Position numbers and translations under genes: made by a program
Shown here: piece by piece, positions 37,368-47,626 of the stretch
How positions within the stretch are numbered: the first letter of the stretch is position 1
Layout: each line of letters opens with the position of its first letter
NCBI GenBank assembly: GCA_043800705.1
Contig: JAZDMS010000035.1
Location: 32,307-96,306, forward strand
Length of the DNA: 64,000 nucleotides
Source of the DNA: Candidatus Altiarchaeota archaeon
Lineage (GTDB): Archaea > Altiarchaeota > Altiarchaeia > IMC4 > SCGC-AAA252-I15
Direction of reading: 5' to 3'
Notes under the pieces: generated by a model
The model's input: the letters and a program-made list of their open reading frames with translations, nothing else
What the model was told of the DNA's origin: nothing
Databases searched by the model: none

Positions 37368-38006
37368 TCAGGCGTTTACGCCTATTTTAAGGCATATTCC
37401 GGCCAATACGCAACCGTTACACATCGGTTTCTTTGCCTGGCAGACTTGTCGGCCGTGGGCTACCAGGAGCTTGTTGATCTTCGGCCACGCGTCCCGGGGG
37501 CATTTTCCCATTAGGTCCGCCTCTATCCTCACGGGGTCGTCTGAGGAGGAGAGGCCTATGCGCTGCGATAGGCGCCTCACGTGGGTGTCCACGGCTATGC
37601 CTTCGACCTTCCCGAAGGCCGCTGTTAGGACGATGTTGGCCGTCTTCCTGGCGACCCCAGGGAGCCTGAGGAGGTCTTCCATCGTCTCGGGCACGTTTCC
37701 TCCGTACTCGTTGACTATCATGCCGGCTGCGGCCTTGATGTTTCGGGCCTTGTTGTGGTAGAAGCCCGTGCTCCTGATGCCGGCTTCGAGAGCCTTTATG
37801 TCCGCTTCGGCGTAGTCTTTCGCGGTCTTGTACTTCCGAAACAGCGTCTTGGTGACGATGTTGACGCGCTGGTCGGTGCATTGCGCAGAGAGTACGGTCG
37901 CTATAAGAAGCTGCAGGGGCGTCTCATAGTCCAACGCCACCTGCGGTGCTGAAGGATAGGCCTCCTCCAAGAGCCTCAACGCCTCGGAGGGAGGGGCCGC
38001 CTTCAT
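37368..38006 (-). CDS. nth: Endonuclease III
   Basis: LSAQCTD, LPGVARKTAN HhH, AVDTHV, C-terminal C..KPMCNGC..C. Confidence 0.95.
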   Translation of the reverse strand: MKAAPPSEALRLLEEAYPSAPQVALDYETPLQLLIATVLSAQCTDQRVNIVTKTLFRKYKTAKDYAEADIKALEAGIRSTGFYHNKARNIKAAAGMIVNEYGGNVPETMEDLLRLPGVARKTANIVLTAAFGKVEGIAVDTHVRRLSQRIGLSSSDDPVRIEADLMGKCPRDAWPKINKLLVAHGRQVCQAKKPMCNGCVLAGICLKIGVNA

Positions 38007-38013
38007 CGTTTCC

Positions 38014-39402
38014 TCAGAAGCCCGGAATATCCGGGATATAGTGGGGAATCGTTATCGTCGGTACCGTGTTTAGGGTCACTCCCGGACTGAGCGTGACCAT
38101 CGTGGTGCACTGGAGGTTCGTCGTGCATGTGTTTATCCCCGCCCCGGCGACCGAGACGCATTTCGTGCCCTGGCACGCCTTGTGGGTGAGTATAGGGGAG
38201 AGGCTCATGCATTGGATGTTGGACGAGCATTGGTCCGCCCCGAAGCCCGCTACTGCTTTGCAGGTCGTGCCCACGCATGCCTTGTGGGTCATGGGCAGGG
38301 TAGGCCCGATGAAACAGTTGACGTCGGACGTGCATTGGTCCGCCCCAGGCCCGATGCTTGCCACGCATGCCCCCGCTGAGCAGACGTTATGGACTATTAT
38401 CGGCCCTAGGCACTGGGCGCTGGATGTGCATTCGTTCGCTCCAGCCCCGAAGGCCCAGCCGCAGGTGGCGCCCAAGCATGCCCTGTGCATCGGAGGCGGC
38501 ATCACAAGCGTCGGCCCCGACGAACAGTCGGAATCGGAGGAGCATTCGTCGGCTCCCGGCCCTAACGAGGCGATGCAGGCTCCGCCGGAGCAGACGCTGT
38601 GTATTTCGATAAGTGCGATATCGCATTCGGCGTTCGAATTGCACGAATCGGCTCCGGCCCCTAGGACGGCGGCGCAGGCGCCGATGCCGACACATGCATT
38701 GTGGGTGGGGATTGTCGGGGGTGTTGTCAGCGAGTCTGCCTGGCAGCAGCAGTATCCGTCTGTGCTGCCCGGGCTGCAGGATACGTCGCCGAGGCTTGCT
38801 CGGACGTCGCTGCCTGCGCATGACGAGTCGGAGTTGCAGTACCAGTCCGAGTAGGCCTTGTCAGCGCATGCGGAGTCGCATGTTATGAGGTCCTCCAGGA
38901 CGCATTCGGCGCTTATGCATTTGGTGCCTTCCGGACAGGCCTCGTAGGCATTGGTCTTGGACTTTTTTATGCACTGCGCGGCAGGCTTGCCGGGGTTGGT
39001 GCAGATAGGCGTCTCGACGTACATGACCACGTTGCCGTTGTAGCATTTGGTGTAGTTGATGACGTCGCCGCAGTCCTTGTTCATGCTGCATGCGACAGCC
39101 GGGACGGTCGTAGTGACGGTCGTAGTGACGGTCGCAGGCATCGTTTGGGTCGTGACAGGGGCGGAAGTCGTCGTCGGGGCTGCTGTAGTGGGGGTCGTGG
39201 CCCTTGTCGTCGTGGTTAGCTCGTCGGCGTCGCATATTCCGTTTTTGTTGCGGTCCAGGCAGCATGAGTTGCCGACCTGGATGTACGGCTGGTTGCATAC
39301 GAGTTTGGCGTCAGGATCGTTCGGCGGGTCGCATATGCATCCGCTTAAGACAGTCAAGGCCGCAATCATAGATAAAACCGAAAAAAATCTTTTAGTAACC
39401 AT
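38014..39402 (-). CDS. Secreted protein with six 4-Cys repeats
   Basis: SGC signal, CCLD.NKNGICD module, 6x H..C.G..C....G.G...C.....C. Confidence 0.8.
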   Translation of the reverse strand: MVTKRFFSVLSMIAALTVLSGCICDPPNDPDAKLVCNQPYIQVGNSCCLDRNKNGICDADELTTTTRATTPTTAAPTTTSAPVTTQTMPATVTTTVTTTVPAVACSMNKDCGDVINYTKCYNGNVVMYVETPICTNPGKPAAQCIKKSKTNAYEACPEGTKCISAECVLEDLITCDSACADKAYSDWYCNSDSSCAGSDVRASLGDVSCSPGSTDGYCCCQADSLTTPPTIPTHNACVGIGACAAVLGAGADSCNSNAECDIALIEIHSVCSGGACIASLGPGADECSSDSDCSSGPTLVMPPPMHRACLGATCGWAFGAGANECTSSAQCLGPIIVHNVCSAGACVASIGPGADQCTSDVNCFIGPTLPMTHKACVGTTCKAVAGFGADQCSSNIQCMSLSPILTHKACQGTKCVSVAGAGINTCTTNLQCTTMVTLSPGVTLNTVPTITIPHYIPDIPGF

Positions 39403-39447
39403 GTTTAGACACCTTTGTTTAATTATCAATGGACTCATTAAAATACG

Positions 39448-39816
39448 TCAGTCCCAGACGGTAATGTCTAGCGTTCCGCCGTCGGTTGAGAAGCACGCGA
39501 CATCCCGGATGCTATGGTACGGGTGCCGGAGTATGAGGTGGATGTTGCCTGAGCGGCCGAACTCCATAAGGTCCTGCTTCGAAGGCCGGTTGCTTTGCGA
39601 AGGGTGGCTGTGTATGCTGCCGATGATGGACTTGTCCATGGGTACGTGCATCCCGTGAATCTCAGCGAAACCCTCCCCCCAGAGGGTGGCGGGGAGGATT
39701 ATGATCTCCGCTATCTCGTCGCCTTTGCCGCGAAGTAGCCCCATGAACTCCCGCGGATAAAGCTCCCTGGAGACCCCCAATGCGAACTCCAACGCATTCC
39801 TGCTGATGACTGCCAT
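39448..39816 (-). CDS. JAMM/MPN+ metalloprotease
   Basis: PREF..., HSHPSQSNRPSKQD. Confidence 0.88.
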   Translation of the reverse strand: MAVISRNALEFALGVSRELYPREFMGLLRGKGDEIAEIIILPATLWGEGFAEIHGMHVPMDKSIIGSIHSHPSQSNRPSKQDLMEFGRSGNIHLILRHPYHSIRDVACFSTDGGTLDITVWD

Positions 39817-39849
39817 GCCATATTTATACGTTCCCCCGGATATTTTAAG

Positions 39850-40257
39850 GTGAAGGCACCCCAGAACGGACGCATAATCGCGTTCATCATCGACTCCCTC
39901 ATCGGCATAATCCTCCCGGCGATATTCGTCCTCCTCGGATTCTACGTCTGGAGCGGCTTCGACACCGCGGCCGGAAGGCTCCTGAGCCTTGCAATAATGC
40001 TCGCAGGCATCCTATCCCTCGTCGCATATGTTTTACTGAAGGACGGGCTTCCTGGAGGGATGAGCGTCGGCAAACGCCTCATGAAGCTGAGGGTCGTCAG
40101 AAGCGACGGATCGAAATGCGACCCGATGTCGTCCGCCCTGAGGAACGTCACTCTCCTCGTCCCCATCCTAAATCTCATAGAACTGGTCCTCGCGATCGCG
40201 GACCGCGAAGGCCGAAGGATAGGGGACAAGATAGCCAGGACGCAGGTCGTCGAATAA
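39850..40257 (+). CDS. RDD family membrane protein
   Basis: RIIAFIID, SVGKRLMKLRVV, RIGDKIART.V. Confidence 0.9.
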   Translation: MKAPQNGRIIAFIIDSLIGIILPAIFVLLGFYVWSGFDTAAGRLLSLAIMLAGILSLVAYVLLKDGLPGGMSVGKRLMKLRVVRSDGSKCDPMSSALRNVTLLVPILNLIELVLAIADREGRRIGDKIARTQVVE

Positions 40258-40941
40258 TCAGATGGACGGCATAACCTTCAGCAAATCGCCCAGTCGCGTG
40301 ATGATATAATCCGGCTCCTGCTCGCATTTTATGTGTTTGGCCGATGAACTCCCCCCCGCAAGCTGGACAGCCACCATCCCCGCGGCCTTTGCGCCGACGA
40401 CATCCTTGTCAAGCCTGTCACCGACCATGACGCAATCCTTCGCATCGACGCCCAACTCCTTCGCAGCCTCCTTGAACGGCCGCAGAGACGGCTTCATCCA
40501 CTCCCTATCCGAAGCCACGACGACCGCGTGGAAGAAATCCATGAGGCCGAGGCGGATGAGCTTCTCCCACTGCTTGACAGGCACCCCGTCCGTCACGACC
40601 CCAGTCTTGTAGCCCCTCTCCCGCAAAGCCAGCAAAGTCGAGATCGTGTCGGGGAACGGTATCAGATAGGCCTTCTTCGTCTCATGGTAGGCCACGACGC
40701 CTGCGGCTATTATCCGCGGACTGGCCTCCACTCCGAGGATCTTCAGCATCTCATCATAATGCCTCGAAAAATTCGGCCCGGCAGAGGATACTACCCTTTT
40801 TAAGGCCTCCTGGGCCTCCTCCTCAGACGCATCCAAACCAGCGGCCACCATGGCCTTCACCGCGCTCTCCCTGGCCAGACGAACCTGCAGGCTCGTATCA
40901 TAGAGAGTGTCGTCGAGGTCGAAGAGGACCGCCGATGCCAT
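40258..40941 (-). CDS. HAD-superfamily hydrolase (archaeal TIGR02253-like)
   Basis: FDLDDTL, QWEKLIRLG, KP, VGDRLDKD. Confidence 0.9.
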   Translation of the reverse strand: MASAVLFDLDDTLYDTSLQVRLARESAVKAMVAAGLDASEEEAQEALKRVVSSAGPNFSRHYDEMLKILGVEASPRIIAAGVVAYHETKKAYLIPFPDTISTLLALRERGYKTGVVTDGVPVKQWEKLIRLGLMDFFHAVVVASDREWMKPSLRPFKEAAKELGVDAKDCVMVGDRLDKDVVGAKAAGMVAVQLAGGSSSAKHIKCEQEPDYIITRLGDLLKVMPSI

Positions 40942-40985
40942 GATATGATATGACCCGATAAAGATAATAGCGGATGAGCCTTGGT

Positions 40986-42193
40986 TTACCCCTGGTGCTT
41001 CGCCAAGTCCTCGACGGATTCGTTCCTGCCTATGCGCATGATGACGATCTCCTTGTTGGAATATTCCACGCTCGAGAATGGATTCAGGTATTCAGGACAT
41101 ATTGCCAAAACAGCATGATCAGGAGGAATAGGACTACGGGTTTTTTATGATCCTTCGCCAGAAAGTAGGCGCCTGCGAATACGAGGGGGATGATGGCGGG
41201 GGTATAGACCTTGAAGACATCCTTGAACGCTGGGGGGATGCGCCCGATGTGGGGGGTGTAGAGGGAGAACATGTTTGTTAGGCTGAATTGCGTGGTGTTG
41301 ACTTCGAACCTCAACAGCCGCACCATCCCCGCCCGGAATATGAAGACATGGTAGGCCAGAAGGAGGAACAATATGACCGGCAACAGCAAGTCCTTTAACC
41401 CGACATTGGGCCTTTCAACCAGCACGAAGAAGAATGCGAAGACGAGGACGATGAAGATCGCGGCCTGGGGGCACGCCATGAACGCCAAGCCCAGGGTGGC
41501 GGCATATGCGGGAATCAGCTTCTGATTCCTTTTCAGCTCTAATAGGATCAGAAGGGCCATCGGGATGAACACCATGCTGTAGACGTTGGACCATTCGCCG
41601 ATGTAAAGCGACCAGATCTCCCTGTAGCCGGCCACAAGGAACGCCGCAGAAGCACAAAGCCGGATAAGGCCCGAAAAGCCGTCTTTCGAGAGAGGAGATA
41701 GACGAAAAAGACCAAATACGTCGAGACCACGGCGTTGAGGGGGAATATCACGTGCAGTATGTCTATGGCCGTGAATCTGGAGAACAATCCGGGAAGGAAA
41801 TGAGTGAACGGAGGATACCCGTAAATCCCCAGATAGATGTCGTAATTGATGCAGTTAGGGCATTCCCGCATGTCCAACCCCTCCGACACCATCCTCGCCA
41901 TCTGATAATGATGCGAAGCATCTTCAGCACCATAAGGAAGGCCGGAAGAGTCAAAAAAAGGCTCGATACGCATGAAAAGGCTGACGGATACGATAACGAA
42001 AAGGCAAACCAACTCAACCTCCGAATTAATGCCGGATTTTCTGCGGCCCTTAGACGCCCGAGGCCGACCCACAACAGCCCCACCAGACAGAATCATCATG
42101 CCCGCAAGAATAGGATATAGCGCGGCCACCGTATATTTGACGGTCGTAATTTCTATTTCAGGAAAGATAGGGCAGTGATTGAGCTCTGACATA
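40986..42193 (-). pseudogene. Frameshifted multi-pass membrane (GT-C-like) gene
   Basis: D..HH...YPPF motifs. The reading continues only via frame changes near 41685, 41655 and 41090, ending YSNKEIVIMRI. Confidence 0.65.
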
Positions 42194-42235
42194 TCCAGGT
42201 TATCGTTTTTATTTGTGCCCGCCCTTTTTTCTTGT

Positions 42236-43579
42236 ATGGCCGTCGTTTTCGAGAGCACTAATAGGAGGGCGCCGAGGGTCTCTTTTGGGGAGGCTTTGCT
42301 TCGGGGGCAGGCCCCCGATCTCGGACTATATTGGCCGGTCGAGGTCCCGGCCCTGGATGCGGGGGAGCGGGAGGGTTTCAGGAAGAAGGAGTACCATGAG
42401 ATCGCGCATTCTATCGCGATGAAGTACGTCGAAGGCGAAGTCCCCTCGGATGAGATGGCGAGGATCGCCAGGGAGGCCTACGACTTCGACGCCCCCTTGG
42501 AGAAGGCTTATGAGGATTGTTATGTGATGCGGCTGGATCGGGGGCCTACTGCGTCGTTCAAGGATTTCGCTGCGAGGATGATGGCGAGGCTGATGGGGTA
42601 TTTCCTCAGGCAGGAGGGCAGGGGGGTGACCATCCTGACCGCAACGTCCGGAGACACCGGCAGCGCGGTGGCGAACGCGTTCCATGGGATGGAGAACATC
42701 AAGGTTGTCGTCCTGTTCCCTAAGGCCGAGGTGACGGAGAGACAGAGGAGGCAGATGACGACTTTAGGGGGGAACGTATCCACGATAGCGTTGGACGGGA
42801 AGTTCGACGACTGCCAGGCGCTTGTGAAGAGGGCCTTCGCGGACGGGGATTTGAAGGATTTGAACCTATCGTCTGCGAACAGCATAAACTTCGGGAGGCT
42901 GATGCCGCAGTCGGTGTATTATTTTTTTGCCCATTCGAGGCTTTGCAGGCTGGATGATGAGATCGTGTTCAGCGTGCCGTCCGGGAATTTCGGAGACCTC
43001 ATGGGGGGGATGCTAGCGAAGAGGATGGGGCTGCCTGTGTCTAGGTTCATAGCAGCCACCAACGAGAACGACGAGTTCCCCAGATTCATGCAGACAGGGA
43101 GGTATGAGCCGATCCGGCCTTCGAAGGCGTGCATAAGCAACGCCATGAACGTCGGGCACCCCAGCAACCTGGCGAGGCTGTTCCACTTGTTCGGCGGCTG
43201 GCTCGACGAATGCGGCACCGTGAAGGAGGAACCTGACAGGGATAGTATGAGGGCCGCAGTGTGGTCGATGAGCGTCTCCGATGAGCAGACGAGGGAGGCT
43301 ATCAGGGGGGCCTACGCCAGATACGAGCTGGTGTTGGAGCCGCATGGTGCCGTCGGCTGGTATGCGCTGCAAGAATACCTGAAGACCGGGGACCGAATAC
43401 CGAAGACCTCCGTCTGCCTCGAAACCGCGGACCCTGCGAAGTTCCCTGACGAGATAGTGTCTGCTCTGGGTTTCGAGCCGAAGATGCCGAAGTGCCTGAG
43501 GGGTTTGGAGAATCTCCCGGAGAATGTGGTCTCGATGGGCAACGACTACGGGCGGCTGAAGGCCTACCTCAATAGTTGA
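42236..43579 (+). CDS. thrC: Threonine synthase
   Basis: GPTASFKDF, ATSGDTGSA, SANSINFGR, VPSGNFG, ETADPAKF. Confidence 0.95.
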   Translation: MAVVFESTNRRAPRVSFGEALLRGQAPDLGLYWPVEVPALDAGEREGFRKKEYHEIAHSIAMKYVEGEVPSDEMARIAREAYDFDAPLEKAYEDCYVMRLDRGPTASFKDFAARMMARLMGYFLRQEGRGVTILTATSGDTGSAVANAFHGMENIKVVVLFPKAEVTERQRRQMTTLGGNVSTIALDGKFDDCQALVKRAFADGDLKDLNLSSANSINFGRLMPQSVYYFFAHSRLCRLDDEIVFSVPSGNFGDLMGGMLAKRMGLPVSRFIAATNENDEFPRFMQTGRYEPIRPSKACISNAMNVGHPSNLARLFHLFGGWLDECGTVKEEPDRDSMRAAVWSMSVSDEQTREAIRGAYARYELVLEPHGAVGWYALQEYLKTGDRIPKTSVCLETADPAKFPDEIVSALGFEPKMPKCLRGLENLPENVVSMGNDYGRLKAYLNS

Positions 43580-46500
43580 TCATCCTTGCCTTGAGCTTGA
43601 ATTTGCCGTTTTTTCCGCCTCTGCCCATTTTGTATGATAATCCTGTGATCAAGGCGATTATGAAGACGAGAAACATGATCGCCAGGTACCGCAGGATGTC
43701 CACGTCATCCCCTTCCGCAGCCGGGGGCATTGTCGTTGTCGTCGGCCTTTCCTTTGCGGACGACGCAGGCTCCCTGCAGACGGCGGGGTAGAATGTCACA
43801 GCCAACGGGCAGCTGTCTGCCTTCTCGCACCACATGTCCTGGACGAACCATGTGCCGGCGGAGGTTATAGTCCTTATGCTCGGAGGCTGGCTTGCACATC
43901 CTCCGCCGATCCGGAGCCTGAGGATGTACAGTTCCCCTGCCTTGAGGCGTAATGTTGTGTTCAGTACGCCGTCTTGGCCGGAGTATGCCATCTTCGTCAG
44001 GAGGCTGTCCATGACCGTGAGCTCGAGTCCTGTCGCGTTCGGGACCGCCACCTGGGAGACGTCCATGTCCTCCGAGGGTATGAACACCGCATTGTTCAAG
44101 GCCGAACCCTCCACGCAGGCCCTGCCCGAGACTCCTGAGAGGAAGCCGGGCTCGCAGTATTCGGGCAATGAGGTGGACGTTGTTGACGACGCGGTTATGT
44201 ATGCAGTCGACGACGTAGTGGCGGTCGCGGCCGACGAGGAGGTTGATGTGGTCGACGTGGTAATGGAAATGGACGTAGTGGTCGACGAGGAGGTGGTCGA
44301 CGTGATCGAAGAGGTCGTGGTCGAGGAGGTGGTAGTGGACGTTGTCGACGACGTAGTGGTCGACGAGGAGGTGGTCGAAGAGGTCGTGGTCGACGAGGTG
44401 GATGTTGGCGTAGTCGACGTAGTGGATGCGGCCGCCAGGGTCGTCGACGTGGTGGGGACGGCCTGTGTCGTTGACGTGGTTGATGTGGTTGTCGTGGGGG
44501 TCCAGGTCGCCGGTCTGGTGCCGTTGTATGCGCCGGGGCTGAGGCCGTAGGCATATATGCTTCCATCCAGGCTTGTTATGATGGTTTCCTGGACTGTGTC
44601 GCCGTTTATGTCGGATACTGCTGGGTTGGAGCGGATTGGGCCGTTTGCGGATGCCGTCCACTTGGCTGAACCGTTCATGTCTATGAGGAATATCCTGCCG
44701 GTGTCGTCTCCGAAGACTACGCCGTATGTTTTTCCGTCGAGGCTTAGGGCTGATGGCGAGGAGCGGACGTTCCTGTTTGCGCTGTAGCGGATTAGTTTCC
44801 TTCCTGTTTCGTCGACTATGTAGAGGCTGCCGTCGTCGGAGCCGAACGAGAGGTATAAGGAGCCGTTCCCATAGGGGTCGAAGACGAGGGGGGAGGATTC
44901 GAGCGGTTTGGCGCAGGAGAAGGCCCAGTTGGAGTCCATCCCGGTGAGTGGGATCATGTCGCTGCCGCAGTCCATTCCGATGCATCTGCGCTTCGACAGC
45001 TCGTAGGATTTAACAGCATAGTATGCGTCGTAGAATATGCCGTCCTGGCTGGTTAATGCGATCTTTGAGCTGCCGGAGGAGTTGTATACCGCGGGCGTCC
45101 CTAGGACGTCGCCGTTGGTCTGGTAGTACCAGTGCTGGTACGGGGGGAGCGAAACGGCGTGCAATTGGTTGTCGTTGGAGCCGAATACGACCTGTGTTGT
45201 GCCGTCTCCGACGATGTTGCCCGAGGCCGCCGAGGACTGGATCTTGTCCTGCACTGTGTAGTTCCAAAGGAGGGTCCCGTCCGCTTTGAGAAAGTAGAGT
45301 GTGTGGTCGTCTGAGCCGAACACTATGCCTCTCCCGTGTGTCTGCCCGAAATAGAGGGGCAGAGGGGAGGTCATTATTGGCCCGCCGGTCTGATACTCCC
45401 ATTCCTGCATGCCTTGGCTGTTTAGGGCGTGCATTATGCCGGCGTCGTCTCCGAAGAACACGTCGAATGAACCCTTGCCTTCCAGGTCCGCAAGCGCAGG
45501 GGTAGAGTGTATGGTGGAGGGGTTGCCGTATTTCCATAGGACGCTGCCGTCGTAGCGGAGGGCATAGACGGTGCCGTCCAGGGATGCGAACACTGTCTCC
45601 AGCATGCCGTCTCCGCTCTGGTCCAGGTCTGCGGTGACGGCTGATGAGTAGACCGGAGAGCCGGCGTTGAAGCTCCAGACAAGTCCGTAGTCCCTGGGTG
45701 CGACCTGCAGCAGCGGAGAAGATAGGGTTTTAGCGCCTTTGAGTTTCGAATAGGATTCCATCGAGAATGATGAGCGGACGGCCCCGTTGCAGAACCAGAG
45801 TGAACGGGCATCCAAAGAGGAACCCCACCGGTTTCTCAGGCAGTTCCATTGGAAGGTTGCATTGTCGAATGGGAGCCTGTCATTCGACCGTACGGAGCAT
45901 GCAAGGGTAAGGTTGTAGTCTTCCGGGCTTTCGAACGCGCCGGATGAGAGGTTCCCGATTTTTCGGAGTAGTTCCTGGTTCTCCAGCGCATATTTGCTGG
46001 CGTTGGCGACCCTGCAGCTGAGGTTGGCTCTGAGGCCGATGAGGATTTCAGAGTAGCCGTAGCAGGAGAAGATGGGGGTCATGTCGCCGAAGCGGGAGGT
46101 TTCACCAAGCAGCTGGGCTGCGAAAACGGGGGAGTACAGCTGCGGATAGGTGTTATTCGCGAACATGCACTGCCATGTGACGTCGTTGGCGGGATTAGCG
46201 AAGTCGTCGACGGAGAAGGGAGCCGCCGTCCGCTGCTCCTCGTGCTTCAGGAGCGGCCAGAAGTCCCCGACCCGGAAAACCGCCGATGCGCGATTGTTCC
46301 CGGGTTCCGCGTCGTCTATCGTCGCCGGTATCTGCGCCGCGGCTTCGACTATGTGCCTGCCGGGGGGCAGGGATGCGTTGAAGGAGGCGGACTGGCTCGA
46401 ATGGGGGCTCATGCGGAGGTTCTTTGAGGAGACGACCCTGCCGTCGATCCTGAGGGACACGTTCACAGAGTCGATAATGAGGCCTCCGTCGTTGGTCACA

Positions 46501-47603
46501 GAGACGTTGTAGCCTGCGTTCTCTCCCATGTAGATGTGGGATTCCGTCACGATCGAGTCGATCCTCACGTCCGAGGAGCCTCCGAAGACCCTGACTTCGC
46601 CGTTGAGGTAGCCGACGATCATCCTGCCGGAGCTGAATAATGGGGGGTTATTGAAATGGCTGTCGTAGGAGCGGTTCTCCAAAAGAGACCCGGATTCGGG
46701 ATCGAGTATCAAAAGGCGGCTCGACCCGTCGGGGGCGAATATCCTGCCCCGGTAGAGTACGGGTTCCGGGTTCGAGAACCTCGTGAGGTTGTGGGTCCAT
46801 TTGAGTGAGCCGTCGGGGTTGAGGCCCCAGATGACTCCGTTACTAGAGCTGAAGACTATGATGTCCCTCGTCACGAGCGGTTTTGCCGATATCGGGTATC
46901 CTGTCTGGAAGCTCCACTTCTTCTCTCCGGTGTTCCTGTCGAGGGCGTAGAGGACGCCCATGTCGGTGCCGAAGTAGACGTTTCCGCGGAAGGCCGTCGG
47001 AGAGGAACTCACGGAGCCAGCCTGCGTGAAGTTCCACGCCGCGGAGCCGTCCTTCAGCCGGAATGCCTTCAATCCTGCTCCTGCAGTGGGCACGTACAGC
47101 ATGTCTTCCGCGGGTTCGGGGGTGGAGTAGATTCCGGCGCCGGCGTTCGCCTTCCAGAGCGTCCTGCCGTTGGCTGATTTGACGGCATAGACCTGGCCGC
47201 GCCGGCTGCCAAAGTAGACGAGGCCGCCGGATGAGACTGCATTGGAGGAAAACTCGTCAGGGTAGATTTCGACCCAGGTCCTGTTTCCGGTCGTGCGGTT
47301 GATGCCGTATGCCTGCCTGTTCGAGCATCCGTAGACTAGGAGGTCTTCTGACACGACAGGGTCGCCGCACCTTGCCGGCAGCCTGCTGCGCCAGAGGAGG
47401 GAGCCTGATGATTCATCCAATGCGAATATGCCTCCGTCGTATGATGAGCCGTATAAGGTCCCGGAATCGGCAGTAAGCCGCCCTGAGAGGCCGCTTGGCC
47501 AGCGGTATTTCCAGAGGAGCTGGTCGTCGGCTTGGGAACTTGCCAAAGGCAGCAGGAGAAGCAGCAGGACGGCCGAGAGAGTATTGTTTGACATTTGCCG
47601 CAT
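43569..47603 (-). CDS. Large surface protein: PQQ-type beta-propellers, CARDB-like Ig domain, Thr/Ser stalk, C-terminal TM
   Basis: Repeated G.LYALD..TG..W and SSP..AD..GDG motifs; signal peptide; TM with basic tail. Confidence 0.88.
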   Translation of the reverse strand: MRQMSNNTLSAVLLLLLLPLASSQADDQLLWKYRWPSGLSGRLTADSGTLYGSSYDGGIFALDESSGSLLWRSRLPARCGDPVVSEDLLVYGCSNRQAYGINRTTGNRTWVEIYPDEFSSNAVSSGGLVYFGSRRGQVYAVKSANGRTLWKANAGAGIYSTPEPAEDMLYVPTAGAGLKAFRLKDGSAAWNFTQAGSVSSSPTAFRGNVYFGTDMGVLYALDRNTGEKKWSFQTGYPISAKPLVTRDIIVFSSSNGVIWGLNPDGSLKWTHNLTRFSNPEPVLYRGRIFAPDGSSRLLILDPESGSLLENRSYDSHFNNPPLFSSGRMIVGYLNGEVRVFGGSSDVRIDSIVTESHIYMGENAGYNVSVTNDGGLIIDSVNVSLRIDGRVVSSKNLRMSPHSSQSASFNASLPPGRHIVEAAAQIPATIDDAEPGNNRASAVFRVGDFWPLLKHEEQRTAAPFSVDDFANPANDVTWQCMFANNTYPQLYSPVFAAQLLGETSRFGDMTPIFSCYGYSEILIGLRANLSCRVANASKYALENQELLRKIGNLSSGAFESPEDYNLTLACSVRSNDRLPFDNATFQWNCLRNRWGSSLDARSLWFCNGAVRSSFSMESYSKLKGAKTLSSPLLQVAPRDYGLVWSFNAGSPVYSSAVTADLDQSGDGMLETVFASLDGTVYALRYDGSVLWKYGNPSTIHSTPALADLEGKGSFDVFFGDDAGIMHALNSQGMQEWEYQTGGPIMTSPLPLYFGQTHGRGIVFGSDDHTLYFLKADGTLLWNYTVQDKIQSSAASGNIVGDGTTQVVFGSNDNQLHAVSLPPYQHWYYQTNGDVLGTPAVYNSSGSSKIALTSQDGIFYDAYYAVKSYELSKRRCIGMDCGSDMIPLTGMDSNWAFSCAKPLESSPLVFDPYGNGSLYLSFGSDDGSLYIVDETGRKLIRYSANRNVRSSPSALSLDGKTYGVVFGDDTGRIFLIDMNGSAKWTASANGPIRSNPAVSDINGDTVQETIITSLDGSIYAYGLSPGAYNGTRPATWTPTTTTSTTSTTQAVPTTSTTLAAASTTSTTPTSTSSTTTSSTTSSSTTTSSTTSTTTSSTTTSSITSTTSSSTTTSISITTSTTSTSSSAATATTSSTAYITASSTTSTSLPEYCEPGFLSGVSGRACVEGSALNNAVFIPSEDMDVSQVAVPNATGLELTVMDSLLTKMAYSGQDGVLNTTLRLKAGELYILRLRIGGGCASQPPSIRTITSAGTWFVQDMWCEKADSCPLAVTFYPAVCREPASSAKERPTTTTMPPAAEGDDVDILRYLAIMFLVFIIALITGLSYKMGRGGKNGKFKLKARMINY

Positions 47604-47626
47604 CTGTTACCTTACGGGCTTTGGGG

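Noticed and set aside
44160-44500. GTCGAC-rich repeats as a DNA-level element
   Set aside because: Explained by Thr/Ser codons (ACG/TCG/ACC) in a protein stalk.
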